Positions 37,348-47,493 are shown, numbered from the stretch's first letter. The stretch: 52,467 bases of DNA from Candidatus Latescibacterota bacterium (GCA_029941315.1 JAPYQE010000004.1:143-52609); one strand, 5' to 3'. Translations and numbers: made by a program. The notes: a model not told the origin generated them from the letters alone.

Positions 37348-40300
37348 ATGTACGCCCTAGCTCTCTTCGCCGTTTTAACAGTACTCACGTCCCTGGCGTC
37401 CTCCGCGCAAAATCTGTCGTCCGAGGTGCATCCGGGTTTATTGTTTAGTGCCGAGGACGTTCCGCAACTCAAAGAGCGAATTCAGCGGGAGCCCTACGCT
37501 ATCTGGTGGCAGACCGTGCTGGATCGGGCGCAGAACGTTCCGACGACCTTCACCGAAGAGCGCACCAAGGTTCGCTTCGCCAAGGCTCTGGCTTTCGCCT
37601 GGTTGATGACCGACGACAGCGCCTTCGCTGATCGGGCCTTGCAGGTTATGCAGGAGGTCGCCTTCCCGCCGAGAGGGGGCGATCTGGGCGAACCGCACAA
37701 CGAGGGCGAGGTGGTGGCCCAGTACGCGGTCGCTTACGATATCCTGCACACTTACGCGGCGGCCAATAATCCCGGTGCCCTAAAAGAAATGCGGGCGATA
37801 CTCGCCGAAGAGGCTGGGCGCCTGTGGGAAGGCATTGAACTCAGAGAAATCGATTTGGGGATTATCAAGATCGTTCTCCGCTTGCACGAGACGCCGCATA
37901 TCGACAATTGGCATATTCGCGCGTATGGCGGTCTAGGGTTGGCGGCGATGGCGTTGAGCGAGCATCCGGGGGTTAAAGACCAGGGCACACCGCAGGATTG
38001 GGCCGATCGGGCTTTCGAATTGGTGAAGGGCAGTCTGGATTTTCAGATCGATGCGCTGGACGGCGGTTATGCCGAGGGGCCGTTTTACAGCCGTTATGCC
38101 GCCGATGTCTACCTGCCTTATATGTTCGCGCTGAGAGATCGCACCGGCTTGAATTTGTTCACCGACCCCAAGATTAAAAAGATGCACGATTGGTCATTGA
38201 ATCTGCGGCTGCCCAATGGCCGCCGGCCGAATATCGACGATGGTCACCTCGATGATTTTTACGGTCACTATCTGGCGGCGGTTTATCCCGACGGTGGCGT
38301 ACATCGCTGGGACTGGGAAAACAACGCGAATGGGCTCTATGTGCGCGAATTTTCCGAGATGGACGCGATCGCCCTCTACGACGACAGCATTGCGGCGACC
38401 GAGCCAACGCACGGGCCATCGGTTTTTATGCCGGGGGCCGGGGACGCGGTCTTCCGCAGCGACTGGTCGGCGGAAGCCACCTATATGCTGTTGCGGGGTG
38501 AGCACGGCGTTGCTCGTACGGGAGGGTTTGCGCACGAGCATGCGGACGAGACGAGCTTCTTGATCTACGCCGGTGGCGAGATGCTGGCGCTTGACGCCGG
38601 TTATATAAACTTCAGCAACCACGACAAGGTAAACGAAGGTCGCAACCACAACGTGGTATTGGTCGACGGCCAGGGACCGCCGCGTTTTACGGCGTTTGGC
38701 CAGACCATCGGCGGCGGCAACGATGCCTTTATCCTCGATTCTTTCACCAGCTCGGCTGGAGACTACTGCGAGGTCGACGCCAGTTACGGGGGCGTTGAGC
38801 TGAAACGGCGGGTTTTCTTTGCCGACCGGAGCTATTTTATCGTCGCCGACGAGATTACTGCTGATGGTCAGGAGCACGACTACGAGTGGCGGCTGCACGG
38901 CAATGGGGGCGGTACGAGCGGCGGCGCCTATTCGCGCGGCGGCACGTTGGCGCGCTGGGCGCGGGAGGGCGCGGCGCTGATTGCCTTTTTGCCTGAGGAC
39001 CATACGGGTCTTGTCGCGACCGATAGCGATACGATCCACTCCTTCGACTATCTCGAAGAGCAGACGCACACGATGTTGCGTGTACAACAGCGGGGAACCG
39101 ACGTGCGATATTTGGCGACGCTCTATCCGCAGGTGTCGGGGACGCCGGAGGCGAACTTCGAGACCATTGAGGCGACAGGGGCGAACGCGTTATTGGTCGA
39201 AGTGCCCGGGATCCCGCAAAACGATATCACTTGGGTGCGTGCGGCCGATGCACAAAGCGCGTCGGTGTCAGGTCTGACCGGGGGCTTGATAAGCGATGCC
39301 GCCTTCGGTTATGTGCGTGCTTTCGAAGGGGCGATTGCCCGTTTCGTGGTACAGGATGCGGCGGAGTTGGCAAATGGTGATGCAGTGCTATTCAGCGCCA
39401 GCGAGAAGATCGACACGAGTATTGAGCTGGACGCCGAGCGTTTCGCCGGTTTTGTGCGTGGGCCGGGCACGGGGTATCAGTTGTCGATCCCCCTGCAGGG
39501 GCGCACCCTCGACGACGCCAATTTTAGCGGTGAATTGTTGGGGGTTTCGACAGAAGACGATTTGTTGGTGTTGGAGATGGCGGGCAAGGGCGATTTGGTG
39601 TTGCATTTTTCGCCGCCCCCGCCGCTGCGACTGCATATCGAGGGCCGGGCCGGTGCGCGCTTGAGTCTGTCGCCGCTGAGGACAAGGGTGGGGCGCTCGG
39701 TCACTTTCGAGGTGTTTTCTTTTAGTGCCGAGGATTCGAGCGATCTCGCACCGGTCGCCATTGCCGATTACCAATGGGAGGTGCCGGCGGCGTTGGGCGA
39801 GGTGACGGCGAAGGGCGCGTTGACCCTGACGAAGGTCTCGGGCGTGCGTGAGGATATCGTTTTTCGTGCCGGCGGGGCCGAAGCGACCTACAATATCACC
39901 GTCACTCCGCATTCGGTTGTGGAAGTGGTGATCGAACCTGGCTCTATTGTGATCGAACCAGGAGCGCGGCAGACTTTCCGCGCCAAAGCGCTGGACCGCT
40001 ACGGCAATGTGGTTCCGCGCAGCTTCGGTTGGCACACTGTTGGCGGTATCGGCACGATCGACACGCGCTCTGGCTCTTTTGTCGCCAGCGACACGCCGGG
40101 CGAGGGTTGGGTTATCGCAGTGGCCAATATTCTGTTAGTTTTCTCCGATACGGGGACTAGTGTAGAAGGCACCGGCAAAGTAGTGGTGGGTGCACCCCGC
40201 CCCGAGCAATACGCGCTGCATCCGAATATTCCCAACCCGTTCAACCCCTCGACGCTGATCCGCTTCGACCTGCCGATCGTCAGCCAAGTGCAGTTGACGA

Positions 40301-40467
40301 TTTACAATGCCTTGGGCCAGGAGATCGAGCGCTTGGTGGAAGGCTCGTTCGCACCCGGTGCGCACGAAGTCGAATGGGACGCGTCCGGTCATCGCAGCGG
40401 GATTTACTTTTATGAGCTGAAGGCCGATCCCTACCGGGGGCGGCAAAAAATGATGTTGCTGCGGTAA
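37348..40467 (+). CDS. Secreted heparinase II/III-like polysaccharide lyase with Ig-like and C-terminal sorting domains
   Basis: Signal peptide SSA|Q, HP.LLF, DNW, DGGY.EG..Y..Y, FRSDW, HEHAD, HNVVLVDG, PNPFNP...YN.LGQ...SGIYFY...KMMLLR. Confidence 0.82.
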   Translation: MYALALFAVLTVLTSLASSAQNLSSEVHPGLLFSAEDVPQLKERIQREPYAIWWQTVLDRAQNVPTTFTEERTKVRFAKALAFAWLMTDDSAFADRALQVMQEVAFPPRGGDLGEPHNEGEVVAQYAVAYDILHTYAAANNPGALKEMRAILAEEAGRLWEGIELREIDLGIIKIVLRLHETPHIDNWHIRAYGGLGLAAMALSEHPGVKDQGTPQDWADRAFELVKGSLDFQIDALDGGYAEGPFYSRYAADVYLPYMFALRDRTGLNLFTDPKIKKMHDWSLNLRLPNGRRPNIDDGHLDDFYGHYLAAVYPDGGVHRWDWENNANGLYVREFSEMDAIALYDDSIAATEPTHGPSVFMPGAGDAVFRSDWSAEATYMLLRGEHGVARTGGFAHEHADETSFLIYAGGEMLALDAGYINFSNHDKVNEGRNHNVVLVDGQGPPRFTAFGQTIGGGNDAFILDSFTSSAGDYCEVDASYGGVELKRRVFFADRSYFIVADEITADGQEHDYEWRLHGNGGGTSGGAYSRGGTLARWAREGAALIAFLPEDHTGLVATDSDTIHSFDYLEEQTHTMLRVQQRGTDVRYLATLYPQVSGTPEANFETIEATGANALLVEVPGIPQNDITWVRAADAQSASVSGLTGGLISDAAFGYVRAFEGAIARFVVQDAAELANGDAVLFSASEKIDTSIELDAERFAGFVRGPGTGYQLSIPLQGRTLDDANFSGELLGVSTEDDLLVLEMAGKGDLVLHFSPPPPLRLHIEGRAGARLSLSPLRTRVGRSVTFEVFSFSAEDSSDLAPVAIADYQWEVPAALGEVTAKGALTLTKVSGVREDIVFRAGGAEATYNITVTPHSVVEVVIEPGSIVIEPGARQTFRAKALDRYGNVVPRSFGWHTVGGIGTIDTRSGSFVASDTPGEGWVIAVANILLVFSDTGTSVEGTGKVVVGAPRPEQYALHPNIPNPFNPSTLIRFDLPIVSQVQLTIYNALGQEIERLVEGSFAPGAHEVEWDASGHRSGIYFYELKADPYRGRQKMMLLR

Positions 40468-40479
40468 GGGGGTTCAGGG

Positions 40480-40507
40480 TGGACAGCGCGGGTGCGGTGT
40501 GTATATT
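40480..40507 (+). promoter_or_regulatory. Sigma70-type promoter of small-protein gene
   Basis: TGGACA, 16-nt spacer, TATATT, with TG dinucleotides just upstream of the -10 element. Confidence 0.5.
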
Positions 40508-40536
40508 GTAGGAAGATCATCAATGGAGGAATTATT

Positions 40537-40707
40537 ATGAGCAAGAAAATCGCATTTCTCGTAGCCGGTGGCGCGCTCGTTGTGTTGTTGCAGTGGGCTG
40601 TGCCCGCGGCCTATAGCGCGGTGGTGGCCGATGGAGAGCCCGCCCAGAGTTGTCCGGCCAGCGGGTCCTGCCCGGTGTCGAAGCAGAGCGCCGAGGCCGA
40701 AGTATAG
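40537..40707 (+). CDS. Small exported/membrane peptide with two Cys (56 aa)
   Basis: GGAGGA SD, signal-like MSKK-hydrophobic-AYS|A, SCPASGSCP, own terminator. Confidence 0.68.
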   Translation: MSKKIAFLVAGGALVVLLQWAVPAAYSAVVADGEPAQSCPASGSCPVSKQSAEAEV

Positions 40708-40730
40708 ACTTCATCGCGCTGCTATAAATT

Positions 40731-40761
40731 GCCCGGTCCCTTGGAGGGGCCGGGCTTTTTT
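40731..40761 (+). terminator. Intrinsic terminator
   Basis: GCCCGGTCCCT / AGGGGCCGGGC stem followed by T6. Confidence 0.8.
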
Positions 40762-40767
40762 GTCGTT

Positions 40768-41211
40768 TTATTTGCAGATAACGTAGCGCAGGATTTCAAC
40801 CACCTGTTCGGGGGCGCTGGCCACGGCGAGTGCGGCGGCATCGATCTCTTTGAGCGCGTGCTGCAGTTGCGCCGGGTGTAGCACGATCAGTGGTTTATTG
40901 CAGGCGACGGCGAATCCGGCGTCGAATCCGGCGTTCCACTGGCGGTACTGGTCGCCGAAGCGCACGACGATTACGTCGGCGCCGCGGATTAGGGTGCGGG
41001 TGCGGATGGCGTTGATCTGTGCGCCCTTGTGGTCTTTCCAGAAACTATTTTCCTCCGGACCGAGGATGTCGACGCCGCAGTTGTCGCTGGCGGCGTGGTC
41101 GGTGACCGGCGCGGTGAAGGTGACGGGCAGATTATCGGCGCCGTTTTCTATGCGTTGGCGCCAGTCGCTGTGGATTTCGCCGGAGAGGTAGATGGTCCAT
41201 TGTTTGCTCAT
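40768..41211 (-). CDS. YtoQ family protein (nucleoside 2-deoxyribosyltransferase-like)
   Basis: YLSGEIHSDWR, PVTDH.ASD.CG, DHKGA..NAIRT, FG.QYRQWNA.FDAG, HALKE.D. Confidence 0.9.
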   Translation of the reverse strand: MSKQWTIYLSGEIHSDWRQRIENGADNLPVTFTAPVTDHAASDNCGVDILGPEENSFWKDHKGAQINAIRTRTLIRGADVIVVRFGDQYRQWNAGFDAGFAVACNKPLIVLHPAQLQHALKEIDAAALAVASAPEQVVEILRYVICK

Positions 41212-41342
41212 AGCTGGTCCTTTTGTTGGTGTTGGTAGAAGGCTGGACAATAGTAGTTTAAGGGATGTGTGTGGGCAAAATGTTGCTTTGCGTATAGTAA
41301 GCTCGTATCTTCTGCGGCAACTGACTATAGGAGGGTTTTTAT

Positions 41343-41636
41343 ATGAAATCGGCACTTGAACTGGCGATGGAAAAGGCCGACGAGGCTGTTGGGGGCGCGG
41401 AAGGGATCAGGCTTTCGGACGAGCAGAAGGCGGCTATCGACGAGGTGCGCAAGACGTATGAGGCCAAATGGGCTGAGCAGGAGATCTCGCTGAAGGGGGA
41501 GTTGGAGAAGGCGGCCGGTGCGGATCCTGCGGCATGGGCCGAGGCACAGAGTCAGGTGCAGACCCAGATGCACAGGGTTCGCGAACAGCTTTTCGCCGAA
41601 CGCGACGCCAAGATCGAGGCGATTCGCAATCCGTAG
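41343..41636 (+). CDS. Conserved hypothetical coiled-coil protein
   Basis: AGGAGG SD, MKSALELAMEK start, helical composition, followed by terminator. Confidence 0.8.
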   Translation: MKSALELAMEKADEAVGGAEGIRLSDEQKAAIDEVRKTYEAKWAEQEISLKGELEKAAGADPAAWAEAQSQVQTQMHRVREQLFAERDAKIEAIRNP

Positions 41637-41655
41637 GGATTTAGAGGGATGTTGC

Positions 41656-41690
41656 AAAAAGGGGACGGCCACCGGCCGTCCCCTTTTTTT
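41656..41690. terminator. Bidirectional intrinsic terminator
   Basis: A5-GGGGACGGCC-ACC-GGCCGTCCCC-T7. Confidence 0.88.
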
Positions 41691-41808
41691 GTTTAACGCG
41701 GCGACGAGTCTGGTCGGTTATGGTTTGCAGATGAGTGCCGTCTATGCGGATGGTGTAGAGCCTGGCTTTGCTCGGAGCAAAGCCAGGCTTACTAATAAGT
41801 GCTTATTC

Positions 41809-44800
41809 TCAGCGCCCCACTACCAACGCTCCGCGAAACACCACGACATGCTCTTGATCTCTCGCGACGATGCGATAGAGATACGTCCCGTTGGCGAGTA
41901 GGGCGCCCGATTGGTCGCGGCTGTCCCATGGGGTTTGCTGGAATCCCGGCTCTTGTGCAAATGGCCCGAGTCGGCGGATCAGGCGACCCGTCAACGCGAA
42001 TACTTCGATCTCGACTTCAGCGGAGCCTGAAAGCATATAGGTAAAAGCCGAGGCCCCTTTTACCGGATGGGGGTAGAGCAGGGAGTTGGCGATACGCAGG
42101 GTGTCGCCGAAGCGGAAGGCGATTTTGTGGCGACCGATTTCCTCGTTGTCGCTGAAGAGGCGGGTTTCGAGTTCGTGGCGGCCTTCGCTTAGGTCGAGGT
42201 GGGGGCGCCACAGCAGGCGTGGCGGTGCGGGAAAGGCGTCGAGGGTGGAGTCCGGTGCGATCGCGCGCCCGTCTAGGTAAAGTTCTATACGTGCATTGCT
42301 TAGGTCGGGGACATCGAGCAAGAGCCCTTGGCCGAGGCGCAGCGGATCGCCGCTCAAGAAGGTACCGGTTTCCGGCCACAGCGCGAAGGCGAGCGGAATA
42401 TGGCCGGGGAAGAATAGCGGGATTTCCAAGCGGTTATCTTTTGCGTCGGCGTCGGGTTGGTTCGCGTCGATCGTGGCAAACAGGCGCGCGCGCGATGGTG
42501 GCGCGTCGAGGCTATCGAAGCGCACTGTGCGGCTTTCGCCGCGTGCGAGGGGGCCGAGGGTCAGTTGACGTAGGGGATGGTCTAGGCCGCTTTGTTCGAG
42601 GCTTAACCGGGCACCATCGCTTGCCGCACCGAGATTGCGCACCTGCAGTTCGATTTGTAGACCGGCTTGGCCTAGTGTACTGCTCGCTCGGCTGAGTGCC
42701 AGCGAGGGGCGCGGCGCAAAGTCGGCCGACCAGCTGCTGAGTTGCGCGGTGGGGTCGGTGAACCGCGCACGCAGGAGAATATACGGGTGGATGGCGGCAT
42801 CCAGCGCGCTGAGGTCGACGTCGCCGAGCGGCAAGTCGCGCAATTGCGGGTGGGTTGTCCACGTGTCGCCTTTGGCGACGAGCACGTCTAGTGAAAGTGG
42901 GCCACTGCCCGCGACCGAGAGCGCGTCCCAGCGGGCGGCCGGGCCGACCGGCACCGAAGTGAGTTGGCCGCGTGAGACTTGGCCCAGCCCCGGATAGCGG
43001 AACACCGCCGACGACAATAGGTCGCCCATCCACACTTTGTTGTTGATCCAATCATATTGGCCGGTAATGACCCGCGTTATGTCTTGGTCGCTCTGCCACT
43101 CGTCGAGAAAGCTTCCGTCGAAGGCGTCGATCATGCGAATTCGGCGTTGGCCCTGCCACTCGACTAGATACAGGCGTTCGCCGTCGGCGAGGATGCCGTC
43201 GGTCCATTCGAAAGTGAAGCCGGTCTCGGTCGGCGGCGAGGTGAATTCGCGCACTATGGACCAGTCTTGCGCCGGGTCAAAGACGCGGATCCGCCATTCG
43301 GTGTGGGCGCCTTTCTCCGAGCTCATCGCGACATTGTAGATATGGGTGCCATCGGAGGTGATCAGCGAATGGCCGTTTTCGACCCGGCCGAATTTCCACT
43401 CTAGCAGGCCGTCGGGTACGGCGACGGTGTCGAGTACGCCGTCGATGGCGCGGATGCGCTCGATCTCGAAAGCCTTGCCGCTTTCGTTGTAGATATAACC
43501 GTCGCTGTGGTAGGTCGCTGAGATACCGGCGGTCGTCGAGTCGGTGAGCACGCCGAAATTGCCGCTGCGGAAGGTGCCGTTTAGACCGGTGCCGATGCGG
43601 GTGAAATGGTCAATGCCCGGGTAGATTGTCGAGTCGTCGTTATACCAGCGCTTGGCGTAGAGGTAGGTGCCGTCGCTGACGAGTACGCCGGAACCCTGCA
43701 ATTTGCGCACCGTGAAACCGTCTTCGCGTGTTGCTTCGGAAGGGTGCAAGGGCAACGAACGCGTCGAGGGGGAAAGGTGCCCCGCATCGTCGGGTACGAG
43801 ATCTTCGATCGTGCCGGTCAACAATTGCGCCCCTCGCTGGCTCCACGTGGAGACTCTGTCGCCCAGGCGGAAGGAGCGGGTCGCGCTCCAAGGGCCAGGA
43901 GCTTGCGCGGAGTGCAGGCGGACCCGCCAGAAATAGGCCTGGTTGTCGGCGAGTTCGGGTGGTTCGTATACGGCTAAGCCGTATACGGCAGTTTGCATCG
44001 CGGTGATGGTGTCGTTGACGAAATTGGGCGCGGTGGCGATGGCGAACTCGCACTGGTAGGCGCGCCCGTCGAGCGGCACGGCGGCTTCCAGGCGCAGTGC
44101 GGTACCGGGTAGTGTGGCCCCCGGCGCGGGAAAGAGCGGTGTGGGCAAGAGCGGTTCAAGAATATTCAGATCCAACATTAGGCCGTTGTTGGTTTCGTCG
44201 AATTCGGCAATCCGCTTGACCCCGTCGAGCAGAACTTCAAGGCGGTAGGGGCCGCGCCGGGCGCCGACGGACCAGGCGAAGGAGAGCGTACGGGTGCCGG
44301 TGAAGGGTGGTTCGATCGCAGCGAATAGAGTCTCCGGAGAGGCTTGTGCCGGGTGGCCTAGGATGACCACCGAGAGGCTGTCGAGTGTCGGACGCCCGTT
44401 GTTGCGCAATTCTGTATCGATCTGCAGAGTGGCGTGGCCGCGGACCGCGTCGGCGTCTAATTTGATCGAGGCGGGCGTGTAATCTGCACCGGGGACCAGG
44501 GCCAGGTTTTGTGCTGGGTCGCCGATCAGCTGCATGGTCAATACTGCGTCGACCCAGCTGGTGTGCGCGGCTAGGACCTGGATTTTAGCGAGGTCGAGCG
44601 CGGGACCGAACTGTAAGTTGCCGTGCGTGAAGAACTGCTCGTAGAAAAAATTCGAGAGTAGGTTGTTCTGGGCGACGAAGCTCTTGGCGCTGGCCGAGAT
44701 ATAGGCGACGGCACCGCGGTCGGGTTCATTGACTAGTACTTCGGCCAAGCCCTCGACGGTGGGGTTGGCGAAGAGGCCATTGAGGCATGAGAGGGCTAGG

Positions 44801-47235
44801 ACGAGTGGTGTGCGCCGGCCATTTTGTATTTGGCTCAGATAGTCCCAATCGGGCAGGCCCAGACTGAAGACGAATTGCAGGGTGCCCGCGCTACCGTGGC
44901 CGTTGAAGTTGAGCAGCAGCGCGCCGTCGTTGAAGGTGTCGACAAAAGTGCGGCCGGTGGGATTGGGGAGCGGGTCGTCTCCGGTGTTGTAGACTTTGAT
45001 AGAAGTCAGGCCGGCGGGTTTGGTAAAGCGGGCGGCGAGCGAGTCGCTGGGATCGGCGAAGATGTTTTTGGGGTGGTAGTTGGCCAGGTAGATCATGCGG
45101 TTGCGCCAATCGCCGGCGGGCGGGTCGAGGTCGTAGCGGATGATCTTGTCGACGACTTGCTCGGCTTCTTGGGCCGAGGAGGCGGCGAGCCGCCCGATGT
45201 GGAAATCGGGTAGCAGGTCGTCGCCGTCAACTAGGGTGTAGAGGTAATCGCTCGGCGCGGTGCCGCGGCCCCGGGATTGGTAGAACAGGCTCGGTACTAC
45301 AGTGGGCACGCCGCCGCCTTGGATATTGCGGTAGTCCCAGGTTTCGTCGCCCAAGAGCAGGACGTAGGTTGGGCGGCCTTGCCAGTTGTGGTAGGCGTAG
45401 GAGAGGAAGTTGCGCACGGCATCGCGGTCGAGGCGTCCGTAGGTAAATTCGTCGTAAAGGTCCTCACTGGAAATGAGAGCTGTTTGCAGACCGAGGCTCT
45501 GACGGTGCATGGCGAGGCGGCGCCCAGCATGCAAAAGTTCGGGGTGGGCGATGACCAGGTAGTCGGCGCTGTGTTCGCTGCGCTGCCAACTAGATGGAAG
45601 ATCGAGGCTTCCTCGGGGTGTCATCAGGGCAAGGCTGTCTGCGGCGATATAAAGGGCGTCGGTCTCGTGCTGATCTTCGAAAATCGCGACATATGTCGAA
45701 TTCGCGCCTTCGATTAGAGCATCGGTAAAGCGATAACCGTTGGCGATATCGAGCAGTTCGACTTGTGGGTGGCGGAGACCGCTGACCTTGATGCGGTGTC
45801 CGGCGGAGGGCGTTTGCGCGAATTCTAAGTGGCCGGTGCGGGTGGTGTAGAGGCGCCGGTAGTCGATGGCGAACCAGTTGAGGTAGACCCAGTCGAATTT
45901 GGCCTGGTCGGGGATGGCCTGCACTAAAACCCGGTTGGTGCCCTTTCGCAGGGTAGTAGAGGGTATCTCCCGCTCTACTATCAATTCGATTTGCCCTTCC
46001 CGTTGCGCGCCCCAGATGCGGTCATCGATCTCGGTGTGTTGGTTCAGTTTGATGATGGTATGGTGTCCCAGGTCGGTGAAACCGTGTAGGGCGACGCGGA
46101 TGCGGGCCTGGTATTCTTCTCCTAAATCGGCGAAGGGCACGTCCCCGGCGGCGATAATAGAGGCTGGGCTTTCGGATCGATTTTCGACCAGGTCCCAGAA
46201 CCAATGGTCGCGGTCGTCGTCTGGCGCTGCGTCGAGACTCTCGTAGTGAATATCGCGTTCGATATGAGCCGTGGTCCAGAAGGAGCGTTCTTCTGGATAG
46301 CCGGCGACGGGAGCACCGGAGCGCTCGCTGAAGCGCAAACCCGCGTCACCGCCCCAAGTAAGCCAATAGGTGTTGCGCCGGCCGTAGAGGCTGTTGAAAT
46401 CGCGGTCATCGCGGCGGTAACGTCCGTGAAAGAGCAGGAAGTCCTCCGCGTCGAAACGACCATCGGCCTGGCCCTCGACGTGCAATGGCTGTTCTTGGCC
46501 CAAGTAGAACAAGCGAAAGCTGCGGGGGTCGATGGCTGCCGAGTTGGCAAAGGCGTTGACCCAATCGGGGCTGATCCGGTATAATCCATCTTCACCGAGT
46601 TCCAGTTTGATCCACGGGGCTTCCGGGTTGTACCACGCGCCCTCGGCGATCTTTGCCGCCGCCGGCGTCTGCGTCCAAGCGGCGGCTTGCTCGCGATTGA
46701 GCAAGGGGTTCCACAAAGGGTCGGGGGCGGTTGTCTTCGCGGCGGCACCGGCTCCGGAGAACCGTATCTCAACTAATAGGCGGGTATAGACCCGCAGGGT
46801 GTTGCGGGCGCTGTTGTAGCTCTGGGGAAAGAGGCGTAGGGCGTGGGTCTCTACACCGCGCAAGACACCTAGGTATTCGCTCTTAGCGCGTTCGGAGGGC
46901 AGATAGGTGTCGGATACGGGTGCGTCGGCTAGGTCGAAATCGGTAAACTCGACGCTTTCTGCGTCAAGGACCCGTACTATCGGGGTTATGCCGGGCGGGG
47001 TGGCGAAAATGCGCGCGAGAAAGGGCAGTGCGGGCATATTCTCGCCAGTTTGCAGGCGGGGCAGGTCTGTCTGCAAACCGGCCTGCGCGGGCAGCCGCAA
47101 TTCGACGATCAGGCTTCGGGCATCGCTCCGTACGACATGGATCGCGTGATGGTCCGTCGCATCTGCGGATGCGGCGGTTAGCAAGAGCGCGGCAAGAATA
47201 AAGTTCAGAAATGAGATAAAGGGCAATCGGGGCAC
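41809..47235 (-). CDS. Large secreted C25 (gingipain/PorU-like) cysteine peptidase with CARDB-like and FlgD-Ig domains
   Basis: Signal peptide; GLYRI...LF..GQE, YWL, DY.VIA, YDEF, YVLLLGD, IGRL, NGHGS (His), SCLNG (Cys), IGDP, E.DETNN, YPHP...WD..DQ.G..LANGTYLY. Confidence 0.85.
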   Translation of the reverse strand: MPRLPFISFLNFILAALLLTAASADATDHHAIHVVRSDARSLIVELRLPAQAGLQTDLPRLQTGENMPALPFLARIFATPPGITPIVRVLDAESVEFTDFDLADAPVSDTYLPSERAKSEYLGVLRGVETHALRLFPQSYNSARNTLRVYTRLLVEIRFSGAGAAAKTTAPDPLWNPLLNREQAAAWTQTPAAAKIAEGAWYNPEAPWIKLELGEDGLYRISPDWVNAFANSAAIDPRSFRLFYLGQEQPLHVEGQADGRFDAEDFLLFHGRYRRDDRDFNSLYGRRNTYWLTWGGDAGLRFSERSGAPVAGYPEERSFWTTAHIERDIHYESLDAAPDDDRDHWFWDLVENRSESPASIIAAGDVPFADLGEEYQARIRVALHGFTDLGHHTIIKLNQHTEIDDRIWGAQREGQIELIVEREIPSTTLRKGTNRVLVQAIPDQAKFDWVYLNWFAIDYRRLYTTRTGHLEFAQTPSAGHRIKVSGLRHPQVELLDIANGYRFTDALIEGANSTYVAIFEDQHETDALYIAADSLALMTPRGSLDLPSSWQRSEHSADYLVIAHPELLHAGRRLAMHRQSLGLQTALISSEDLYDEFTYGRLDRDAVRNFLSYAYHNWQGRPTYVLLLGDETWDYRNIQGGGVPTVVPSLFYQSRGRGTAPSDYLYTLVDGDDLLPDFHIGRLAASSAQEAEQVVDKIIRYDLDPPAGDWRNRMIYLANYHPKNIFADPSDSLAARFTKPAGLTSIKVYNTGDDPLPNPTGRTFVDTFNDGALLLNFNGHGSAGTLQFVFSLGLPDWDYLSQIQNGRRTPLVLALSCLNGLFANPTVEGLAEVLVNEPDRGAVAYISASAKSFVAQNNLLSNFFYEQFFTHGNLQFGPALDLAKIQVLAAHTSWVDAVLTMQLIGDPAQNLALVPGADYTPASIKLDADAVRGHATLQIDTELRNNGRPTLDSLSVVILGHPAQASPETLFAAIEPPFTGTRTLSFAWSVGARRGPYRLEVLLDGVKRIAEFDETNNGLMLDLNILEPLLPTPLFPAPGATLPGTALRLEAAVPLDGRAYQCEFAIATAPNFVNDTITAMQTAVYGLAVYEPPELADNQAYFWRVRLHSAQAPGPWSATRSFRLGDRVSTWSQRGAQLLTGTIEDLVPDDAGHLSPSTRSLPLHPSEATREDGFTVRKLQGSGVLVSDGTYLYAKRWYNDDSTIYPGIDHFTRIGTGLNGTFRSGNFGVLTDSTTAGISATYHSDGYIYNESGKAFEIERIRAIDGVLDTVAVPDGLLEWKFGRVENGHSLITSDGTHIYNVAMSSEKGAHTEWRIRVFDPAQDWSIVREFTSPPTETGFTFEWTDGILADGERLYLVEWQGQRRIRMIDAFDGSFLDEWQSDQDITRVITGQYDWINNKVWMGDLLSSAVFRYPGLGQVSRGQLTSVPVGPAARWDALSVAGSGPLSLDVLVAKGDTWTTHPQLRDLPLGDVDLSALDAAIHPYILLRARFTDPTAQLSSWSADFAPRPSLALSRASSTLGQAGLQIELQVRNLGAASDGARLSLEQSGLDHPLRQLTLGPLARGESRTVRFDSLDAPPSRARLFATIDANQPDADAKDNRLEIPLFFPGHIPLAFALWPETGTFLSGDPLRLGQGLLLDVPDLSNARIELYLDGRAIAPDSTLDAFPAPPRLLWRPHLDLSEGRHELETRLFSDNEEIGRHKIAFRFGDTLRIANSLLYPHPVKGASAFTYMLSGSAEVEIEVFALTGRLIRRLGPFAQEPGFQQTPWDSRDQSGALLANGTYLYRIVARDQEHVVVFRGALVVGR

Positions 47236-47368
47236 TTGGGGCGATCGCGGTTATAATGCGGAGAGAAGATGGTATGGGCGCATGGCTTATTTAAAGATAA
47301 CAAGTATCCTTTTCCGCCGCCTGACAAAGACGACGCCAGAAGAGTTCGCCGGTTCCAGGGTCGCGATA

Positions 47369-47397
47369 TTGACAGTGCTATTTTTAGAGACTACTAT
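47369..47397 (+). promoter_or_regulatory. Sigma70-type promoter of gltA
   Basis: TTGACA, 17-nt spacer, TACTAT. Confidence 0.75.
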
Positions 47398-47493
47398 CAT
47401 GAAGGAACAAATCCTATATAGAACGCCCACCGCGATTGAGGGATACCCTGCATGCGATTGGGGTGAACGATCAATATGCAAGGAGAACGGGAT

